Shown: one piece after another, positions 17,641 through 24,328 of the stretch
Layout: each line of letters starts with the position of its first letter
Position numbering within the stretch: position 1 is the stretch's first letter
DNA from: Caldivirga maquilingensis IC-167
Lineage (GTDB): Archaea; Thermoproteota; Thermoprotei; Thermoproteales; Thermocladiaceae
Length of the DNA: 32,000 nucleotides
Assembly: GCF_000018305.1 (NCBI RefSeq)
Contig: NC_009954.1
Coordinates: 1,050,001 to 1,082,000 of the forward strand
Reading direction: 5' to 3'
Program-made: the position numbers and the translations under genes
The notes under the pieces: generated by a model
Database searches by the model: none
Told to the model about the DNA's origin: nothing
Seen by the model: only the letters and a program-made list of their open reading frames with translations

Positions 17641-19533
17641 GTGGAGTATAATCCATATAAGGCCTTAGTAAGTGAATTTAAGAGTATTGCAGGTAAATTA
17701 ACAGGTGTAGAGGATTTACAAGTTATTAAGGCTAGGGCTGGCTTTGGTTACTTATCAATACCTCTCCATGACTTAATCAGGAGTAGGCCTAGCCTAGGTA
17801 GTGAGATTAATGAGGGGATTAAGGGGGTTAAGGCTCAATACCTAACTGACTTAAGGTTCATTAATGGGTTCCTAAACACTAACGTTAACCTAATTAACTA
17901 CAGTAGGCTCGTGCTTGACTCAACCATAGGCCTAGGGCCTGATTACGGTAAGGTTCCAGGTGTAAAGCGGCTTAACGTGATAGTTGAGCATACTAGCGCT
18001 AATCCACTTCACCCATTGCACATAGGTCATTGCAGGAATATGGTTCTGGGGGATTCCTTAGTCAGGTTACTTAGATTCATGGGCCATAATGTCTCAGCGA
18101 GGTTTTACCTCGATGACACTGGGATCCAGGTAATGTACCTTGCCTTAGGTTACAGTAAGGTTAGGGAATTAGCTAAAAACCGTATTGAATCAGGTCAAAA
18201 ACCAGACCACGTAATGTGGGTAATATACTCAGTAACCAATGCCGTTGCTGAGGTGCAGAGGATTAGTAAAGTACTTGAGGGTAAGAGTGAGGAGGAGTAT
18301 AGGGAGTTGATTAAGGAGAGGGATGAGTGGGTTGGGGTTATTGCTGATTGGTTAAGTAAGGATAAGGAACTCGTCAATGCTCTGGTTGAGGCCTTATCAA
18401 GCATTGACGTTAACGCTGAGGTTGCTAGAATGGCTAAGATGTATGAGGATGGTGATGAAAAGGTTAAGGGAATTGTGAGGGAGGCTGTTAACCTAGTCCT
18501 TAAGGGTTTTGAGGAAACCTTCAAGTTATTTAACGTTAAGTTCGATTCATACGACTGGGAATCAGAGATAGCGGTCTACAGTGGTTTAGCTAAACGCATA
18601 ATAATGGATCTAGTTAAGGCAGCGCCGAAGTACGTGGAGTTTAAGGATGGTGTATACGTATTCAGGGCTGATAAGGCTGCCGCCGAGCTTAAGCTCTGGG
18701 ATGAGCTTAAACTACCTAAATTCATACCACCTGCCACGTTGAATAGGAGTGATGGGACGACACTATACTTAACTAGGGACGTAGCCTACGCAGTATGGTG
18801 TTTAACCAACTGTAACCCGGACGTCGTGGTAAGGGTTATTGCAGTGGAGCAGACTCACCCCCAGGCTCAGTTGAGGATAATGCTTAAGCTACTTGGCTAT
18901 GATGCATCCCGCATAGTGCACTACGCCTACGAGATGGTTAACCTAGGTGAGGCAAAGATGAGTAGCCGTAGGGGGCAGGCGGTGACGATTGATGGCCTCC
19001 TCGATGATGCTGTTAAGAGGGTTAAGGCAATAGCCTCAGGGCGCAGTGGGTTGAATACGGATGATGTAGCCTACGCAGTGGCGGTGGGGGCTATTAGGTA
19101 TTACTTCGTCTCAGTTTCACCAAGTAAGCAAATAGTCTTCGATTGGGGTAGGGTATTGGATATGAATCAGAACAGTGGCCCATTCATACAGTACACCTAC
19201 GTGAGGGCCTACTCAATATTAAGTAAGGCGAACCTAGACCACATTCAATACACCGTGCCCCCTACCTTAAGTCAGGAGGAGGGTGACTTAATATTAATGA
19301 TTGGTGAATTCCCTGAGGTTTTATTAAGGGTTTCAGAGGACCTTAAGTTGGAGAACCTGGTTAGTTTCATGAATAGGTTAGCCCTAGAGTTCAATACCTT
19401 CTACGAGAAGTACCCTGTCTTAAATGCCGAGCCCGGGCTTAGGGAGTTTAGGCTTGCCTTAGTTAAGGCTGTTAAAATAGTGTTGGAGAATTCAATGAAT
19501 ATACTGGGTATACCGGTGTTGAGTAGAATGTGA
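17641..19533 (+). CDS. argS: Arginine--tRNA ligase
   Basis: VEHTSANPLHPLHIGHCRN is the HIGH region of class I ArgRS. MSSRRGQ is the KMSKS-equivalent. The C-terminal anticodon-binding (DALR-like) region ends in IPVLSRM. GTG start. Confidence 0.95.
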   Translation: MEYNPYKALVSEFKSIAGKLTGVEDLQVIKARAGFGYLSIPLHDLIRSRPSLGSEINEGIKGVKAQYLTDLRFINGFLNTNVNLINYSRLVLDSTIGLGPDYGKVPGVKRLNVIVEHTSANPLHPLHIGHCRNMVLGDSLVRLLRFMGHNVSARFYLDDTGIQVMYLALGYSKVRELAKNRIESGQKPDHVMWVIYSVTNAVAEVQRISKVLEGKSEEEYRELIKERDEWVGVIADWLSKDKELVNALVEALSSIDVNAEVARMAKMYEDGDEKVKGIVREAVNLVLKGFEETFKLFNVKFDSYDWESEIAVYSGLAKRIIMDLVKAAPKYVEFKDGVYVFRADKAAAELKLWDELKLPKFIPPATLNRSDGTTLYLTRDVAYAVWCLTNCNPDVVVRVIAVEQTHPQAQLRIMLKLLGYDASRIVHYAYEMVNLGEAKMSSRRGQAVTIDGLLDDAVKRVKAIASGRSGLNTDDVAYAVAVGAIRYYFVSVSPSKQIVFDWGRVLDMNQNSGPFIQYTYVRAYSILSKANLDHIQYTVPPTLSQEEGDLILMIGEFPEVLLRVSEDLKLENLVSFMNRLALEFNTFYEKYPVLNAEPGLREFRLALVKAVKIVLENSMNILGIPVLSRM

Positions 19534-19535
19534 AC

Positions 19536-19952
19536 CTACTCAGCTAACTTAACGTTAATCTTAATCCCACTCCTAATGTAGTACTCATCCAACCTACCCC
19601 TAACACTAACTGTAACGAGTAGTTCAGTGTCCACTGGGGTTCTAATGCCCTCAGCCAGCTTAACCAGCACCTTATCCTCACTTATCAGTATCGACCCTAT
19701 TGATGGATCCTTTAAGGCAGCGTCAACAACCTTAAAGTAACCCCTAATCATACCCCTCTGGTATAGTTGAATAATGGCGTACTGCTTAACGTTAACCGGA
19801 TTTATAATGACTCTCTTAGCCATAATCCTCTTAATTGCTGAAACCAACCTGTAATCACTGAGGGATTCAACGAATATTACGAAGCCAAGTACAATTATCA
19901 CTAGCGAGAAGACTATATCCAGGAATAGCGGGGAGATGACTATAGTAGCCAT
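19536..19952 (-). CDS. Hypothetical membrane-anchored protein
   Basis: 138-aa ORF with one N-terminal hydrophobic helix (LFLDIVFSLVIIVLGFVIFV). Its stop is 2 nt from the argS stop, and the two genes converge. Confidence 0.5.
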   Translation of the reverse strand: MATIVISPLFLDIVFSLVIIVLGFVIFVESLSDYRLVSAIKRIMAKRVIINPVNVKQYAIIQLYQRGMIRGYFKVVDAALKDPSIGSILISEDKVLVKLAEGIRTPVDTELLVTVSVRGRLDEYYIRSGIKINVKLAE

Positions 19953-20129
19953 TACTTAACCTAACCACGGTGAGCTTAATAAACACTATCCACCCAAGCC
20001 CCACAGCCATCTAATTAATACTAATGCAGTGGTTAAGTATAATTGTTTTAAACTGATTACATTTACTACACCATGGGATAGTAAAATTTTTAAAACAGTG
20101 TAAGCAACGCCTTTATTAGAATTAATAAT

Positions 20130-20837
20130 GTGACGGTGGCCTTAATAATGGCATTAGTGTTAATGGGGATTATAGCGCTTCTAGTTAATTCCCATGTCGG
20201 TTACCGTGACCCGAATAATAATGAATTAACTGATTGCTCATTAAACACCACTGTTAACGTGGATGGGTCTTATAGTGCCTCAATACCATCAAGCGGCTTC
20301 ACGGTTAGTGTTTCAATAGGGACTCAGTCACCGGACATGAATGCCACTGAGGCCTACGTAAATGTGGTAACCAGGGCTAATGAAGCAGTTAACCTAGTTA
20401 AGGAGCTTGGATTAAACTACACCAGCTCCTTCTCAATGAACCCGCAGTATGGTTCATACAACGTATTTGAGGGTTATGAGGCATCCTTCTCAATGACCGT
20501 AATAGTACCATTAAATCAAACCTTGCTGAGTGAATTATTAACAGGCTTAGTTGGCGTTAGGGTGAATAGTGTCTCAATAAGCTCCTACATAAACCCGAAA
20601 TTAACCCAGGAGGCTGAGTTATATGTCTTGAAGATGGCTGTATTAAACGCTTACAGTAAAGTTAATGCCATAGCTGGTGCATTAAATGAAACCGTAGTCT
20701 CAGTTAAGGTTGTTAATGAACAGTATTATGTTATTCAACCTTACACATCATCATTACCATCACCGCCTCAGGTTAATCCAGGGCCAGGATCAGTCAGTGC
20801 ATCAGTAACAGTTATTGCGGTGTTGTGTAAGGGTTAA
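20130..20837 (+). CDS. SIMPL/DUF541-like secreted or membrane-anchored protein
   Basis: An N-terminal hydrophobic segment is followed by a two-lobed pattern: [12 protein letters not shown] ... [13 protein letters not shown] ... and then [24 protein letters not shown]. This is reminiscent of SIMPL-domain proteins. An alternative ATG start is at 20148. Confidence 0.45.
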
Positions 20838-21047
20838 TCCATGGCGTTAAGCTTACTTAAGCTGAGAATAATTCCATTATTTGAATCACTGTATTAATGA
20901 ATACACCTCCTGCATTACTGAGTTTCAGGGATTAAGTGAATTCAGCTTAGGACCACTTCATCAGTGTTCAGACGTACTCCCTCACATCACTTACATTTAT
21001 TCAAGCGGTAAGTTATTAAGCCTTATCCGTGTTAGACTACGTGTTGA

Positions 21048-21590
21048 ATGAGGGCTATAGGTTTAGTTAAGCCATGTGAGGTTACTAGGGGGATTGTTTA
21101 CGTTGACTCCATGCTTGGTTGGTTATCTAGATGGCTGAGGATGATTGGGGTAATGACCATATATAGGGATGACTTCAGTGATGATGAGTTAGCCGGCTTA
21201 GGTGGATTAGTTATAACTAGGGATAGGGGTTTATTCAATAGGCGGCGTGGCGATACCCTACTCCTCCTGACTGATAATCATGTTCATTGGTTAGTTGCAT
21301 CATTAATGGTGCTTAACGTTAAACCAATCATAGGTGATAACTCACTATGCCCAGTATGCGGTGGTAGGTTAATTAAGGTGGATTCAAGGAATGCTGCTGG
21401 TGAAGTACCAGTTAACGTCATTAAAAGGAACCCCACACTCCTCAAGTGCGAGTCATGCGGCAAGTATTACTGGGTTGGTAGTCATCACAGGGGTATTGGA
21501 CGTACATTAAACATGGTTAATGAATTAATTAGTAAATGCAGTATTAAGCATAATGGTTCTGAATGCCTAGTGAGCTGCCTCACCCTTTAG
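21048..21590 (+). CDS. Mut7-C (DUF82) PIN-like RNase domain protein with zinc ribbon
   Basis: The N-terminal VYVDSMLGWLSRWLRMIGV is the Mut7-C/PIN-like start. The C-terminal CPVCGGRL ... CESCGKYYWVGSHH is the family's characteristic zinc ribbon. Confidence 0.7.
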   Translation: MRAIGLVKPCEVTRGIVYVDSMLGWLSRWLRMIGVMTIYRDDFSDDELAGLGGLVITRDRGLFNRRRGDTLLLLTDNHVHWLVASLMVLNVKPIIGDNSLCPVCGGRLIKVDSRNAAGEVPVNVIKRNPTLLKCESCGKYYWVGSHHRGIGRTLNMVNELISKCSIKHNGSECLVSCLTL

Positions 21591-21597
21591 GGTGAGG
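21578..21597. promoter_or_regulatory. Perfect 8-bp inverted repeat (CCTCACCC TTTA GGGTGAGG) overlapping the Mut7-C stop codon
   Basis: Read directly. Arms are 21578-21585 and 21590-21597 with a 4-nt centre. The TAG stop (21588-21590) lies inside it. It is followed by GAGGCTTCC. Confidence 0.8.
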
Positions 21598-21675
21598 CTT
21601 CCTTTCATTACTCCACCTTGCCAGTCCTCTAGAACTGGTGACGAGTGTTGCTTGAACGCATTAGTTAAAACCCTA

Positions 21676-21702
21676 CCTCACCTTAAAAAGACGAGGCTTG
21701 CC
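21676..21702. repeat. Second copy of the CCTCACC-N(9-10)-GAGGCTT motif
   Basis: CCTCACC (21676-21682), N10, GAGGCTT (21693-21699), GCC. Compare CCTCACC (21578-21584), N9, GAGGCTT (21594-21600), CC. Both lie in the 140-nt convergent spacer 3' of the recombinase gene. Confidence 0.6.
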
Positions 21703-21730
21703 GTTCTTTCATAAACGTGAATGAGTGGGA

Positions 21731-22423
21731 TTAAGGCTTCAAGTACCCGCAGTTTGGGCAGTACCATGTGTTGTATTGTTCATCCCACTTAAGCCTGTGG
21801 AAGCATCTTGGGCATGTGCCTGGTGGTGGTGTTAATGCGCCGTTACTGTACAGTATTTTCCTAACCTGTCTTTCACTTAACCCGACTTTACTGGATATTG
21901 ACCTTATTGATTCACCGTACTGGTACAGTGCCGTAACAGCCTTAGCTAGGCTTGGGTCGATTCTAGTTGCCTTAACAATACCCTTAGCCCTAAGTGCAGC
22001 CCTAGTCCTCTCCCTGATTAAGTATCTTTCATAGTCCGCCGCCCAAGCCAGTATGCTTAACACCAGTCTCCTAACCATTGGGTTAAGGTCCTGTAGGAAC
22101 TCCTCACGGACACTGATTATGCTTATACCATCCTCATCAAGCCTCCTAAGTAGGTTGAATAAATCAGTGAAGCTCCTACTAAGCCTATCAAGACTGTAGA
22201 CGACAATTAGGTTTACCCCATTAGCCTTAGCGTAATCCACAGCCCTCCTAAAACCAGTCCTCTCCAAGGCAGGCACGCTACCGCTTACGCCCTGATCAAT
22301 GAAGAATTCCTTAACCTCAATACCCCTCATTGAGGCGAATTTAACAACACCCTCACGTTGAGCATCAAGACCAAGCTCCTGCTCCTCCGTGGAAACCCTA
22401 AGGTAGGATACTGCATTAACCAC
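21731..22423 (-). CDS. Small serine recombinase (resolvase/invertase type) with C-terminal HTH and extra zinc ribbon
   Basis: The N-terminal YLRVSTEEQ contains the nucleophile Ser11, and VYSLDRLSRS is the conserved Arg motif. An HTH-like SIRSISSKVGLSERQVRKIL follows, then CPRC ... CPNCG. Confidence 0.85.
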   Translation of the reverse strand: MVNAVSYLRVSTEEQELGLDAQREGVVKFASMRGIEVKEFFIDQGVSGSVPALERTGFRRAVDYAKANGVNLIVVYSLDRLSRSFTDLFNLLRRLDEDGISIISVREEFLQDLNPMVRRLVLSILAWAADYERYLIRERTRAALRAKGIVKATRIDPSLAKAVTALYQYGESIRSISSKVGLSERQVRKILYSNGALTPPPGTCPRCFHRLKWDEQYNTWYCPNCGYLKP

Positions 22424-22487
22424 TCATTAGGCGGGTAACAGGGAGTAATAATGCTTGTGTTTAAGGGATTTAAAGGGAGAAAGGTAC

Positions 22488-22856
22488 TTAAGGCATGTTT
22501 CGCATTAGCTTCTGCCTAGTGTTATTATCAAGCATGTTAAGTACCCTACTGATTATTGCAGCATCCCTATCGGCAAGCCTCTTATCAAGGCTTGACACCA
22601 CGTTTCTCCTAAGTGTTAAACCGGCCTTAACGACATCATCTGGGTAACTGGCCAGTATCCTCATTGTTGTTATACACCAGTTAATGTACTCATCGTCGGT
22701 GGCTTTTTCAGCTAGGGTTTGGATCACGGATTTCAACGCCTTAAAGGCGTCATCCTGCTTCATCTTAAAGAGCCCCTCTAAAACACCCCTAATGGTGCTT
22801 TCCCTCTGTTTTTCAGGCATTCTGGCTACTGATATTGGGTCTAGTTGAGTTGACAT
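22488..22856 (-). CDS. Hypothetical all-helical protein upstream of the recombinase
   Basis: 122-aa ORF on the same strand, 64 nt upstream of the recombinase start. No recognisable motif. Confidence 0.5.
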   Translation of the reverse strand: MSTQLDPISVARMPEKQRESTIRGVLEGLFKMKQDDAFKALKSVIQTLAEKATDDEYINWCITTMRILASYPDDVVKAGLTLRRNVVSSLDKRLADRDAAIISRVLNMLDNNTRQKLMRNMP

Positions 22857-23006
22857 GGATTAATGAATTATTTTACTGCTTAAATACATTACGCTAAGTT
22901 GTGTAGCATTAAGTACCGTGATTACTTTAATGGGTTTCTCATTGAGAGTGATTTACGTGTTTTATAATGGGGAATGATTTATTAATGAGCTAAGGCCGAT
23001 ATCGAT

Positions 23007-23582
23007 ATGGCGCTTAACCTAAGTGAGGATGTGTTAAGGGATATACTTAAACCAAACTACTCAATACTAGTTGTCTGGGATGTGCATAAGGCCCTCTATA
23101 ACTCAATATTCAATAAGGATGAGTTCCTAAACGCCTTAAACAGGGTTATTGAGGCAGCCAGGAGGGTTAAGGTGCCTGTGGTTTTCACTAAGATAACACC
23201 ATACCCAAGGGGCTTTGAACCACCGGCTTCTAGGCTAGTGCAGTGGAGGGGTGGATTTAGACCTGAGGACATGGAGTTAGTTATTCAGCCCCAGGAGAAT
23301 GAAATAGTGCTTAATAAGAATACTTGGAGCATATTCGTTGGCACTAACTTTGAACTCCTACTACGTAACTCAGGTAGGTCAACAATAGTATTCACAGGCA
23401 TTGCAACAGAGATTGGTGTTGAGACTAGTGCTAGGCATGCATATGCCTTAGGCTTCATACCAGTCATAATCAGTGACGCGGTTTCATCGTACAATAAGGA
23501 TGGGCATGAGAGATCCCTGCAAAACATGAGGATGTTCTTCCCAGTAATAACCTCAAGTGAGTTAGCTAAAATATGGGCTTAA
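23007..23582 (+). CDS. Isochorismatase-fold hydrolase family protein (Cys replaced by Gly at the nucleophile position)
   Basis: ILVVWDVH (Asp25), [10 protein letters not shown] (Lys104) and [17 protein letters not shown] align with the Asp-Lys-Cys triad motifs of the family. Gly137 occupies the position where Cys is expected. Confidence 0.75.
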   Translation: MALNLSEDVLRDILKPNYSILVVWDVHKALYNSIFNKDEFLNALNRVIEAARRVKVPVVFTKITPYPRGFEPPASRLVQWRGGFRPEDMELVIQPQENEIVLNKNTWSIFVGTNFELLLRNSGRSTIVFTGIATEIGVETSARHAYALGFIPVIISDAVSSYNKDGHERSLQNMRMFFPVITSSELAKIWA

Positions 23583-23637
23583 CCAGGCGTTAAAAAGTTA
23601 AGTTTATATTCTTCAGCGTCAATCTTATTATCCTGTA

Positions 23638-24261
23638 ATGGTTAGTTTCATTACTGCTAAAGTCATGGAGTTCCTGGAGAAGTGGATTAAGGAGAATGGG
23701 CTAGTGGAGGTGGATAAGGGTGATGATTACGTAATCTGCAGGGAGGGTAATAATACAGTCATGTATAGGGGTCTTTACTTGGAAATACCCACTGAGGGTG
23801 ATGTTGCTAAGGAGATTGCCCTAATGGCTAAGGATAGGGTTCTCTACAATAAGTACTACATAGTCACCACGCCTGAGGTGGTGAATTTCATAGATGGTGG
23901 TTTAATTAAGAAGCTTGGTATAGGGGTGATGGTTGCTGATGACTCATCAATTAAGGAGGTTATGAGAAGCATACCCATTGAGACAACACCCAGTAGGGGG
24001 AGGGATGCTGATCAGAGGATTGAGCACCTGGAGAGGGTTATTAATACCCTTGAGGGTAAGGTTAAGGAACTTGAGGATAAGCTTAACCAATTAACACAGG
24101 TGGTTAATGAACTTAGACGCGGCACCCAGAGGGGTGAGGAAACTGCACGAACAGGGGTGATGGAGCAGGGGGTTAATGTGCAGGTACCTGATAATGTGCC
24201 AAGCTTCATTAAGGATAACCCATGGTTAGGTATATTAATGAGTAAGAGTGAGTCAACTTAA
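23638..24261 (+). CDS. Hypothetical protein: N-terminal globular domain, coiled coil, C-terminal PSFIKDNPWLGIL motif
   Basis: 207-aa ORF. The heptad-like stretch is RIEHLERVINTLEGKVKELEDKLNQLTQVVNELRR. The conserved-looking hydrophobic tail is VPSFIKDNPWLGILMSK. Confidence 0.55.
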   Translation: MVSFITAKVMEFLEKWIKENGLVEVDKGDDYVICREGNNTVMYRGLYLEIPTEGDVAKEIALMAKDRVLYNKYYIVTTPEVVNFIDGGLIKKLGIGVMVADDSSIKEVMRSIPIETTPSRGRDADQRIEHLERVINTLEGKVKELEDKLNQLTQVVNELRRGTQRGEETARTGVMEQGVNVQVPDNVPSFIKDNPWLGILMSKSEST

Positions 24262-24298
24262 GTCTTAATACCTTAATCAGCATGCATATTGATAATGC

Positions 24299-24305
24299 TT
24301 TAAAA
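24299..24305 (+). promoter_or_regulatory. TATA-like box for the GH36 gene
   Basis: TTTAAAA lies about 30 nt upstream of the ATG at 24329. Confidence 0.45.
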
Positions 24306-24328
24306 CTAAGACAGGGGATTCAAGCCTA

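Noticed and set aside
18195-18524. 109-aa Ser/Leu/Thr-rich ORF antisense to argS.
   Set aside because: It lies opposite an unambiguous aminoacyl-tRNA synthetase gene and has a low-complexity translation.
21036-21047. The exact 12-mer ACTACGTGTTGA occurs twice, at 21036-21047 (abutting the Mut7-C start codon) and at 31537-31548 (upstream of the SBP gene).
   Set aside because: In a 32-kb window, tens of repeated 12-mers are expected by chance. The flanks do not extend the match.
21731-22423. Serine recombinase considered as the transposase of an IS607-type insertion sequence.
   Set aside because: Its domain order is catalytic domain first and then HTH (resolvase-like), not the MerR-HTH-first order of IS607 TnpA. 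There is no adjacent TnpB-like ORF, and no terminal repeats bracket the gene.
24133-24140. A third GGGTGAGG octamer inside the 207-aa ORF, considered as a partner site for the 21578-21597 palindrome.
   Set aside because: This is a single half-site with no inverted partner or GAGGCTT element. About one occurrence of any octamer per 32 kb (both strands) is expected by chance.
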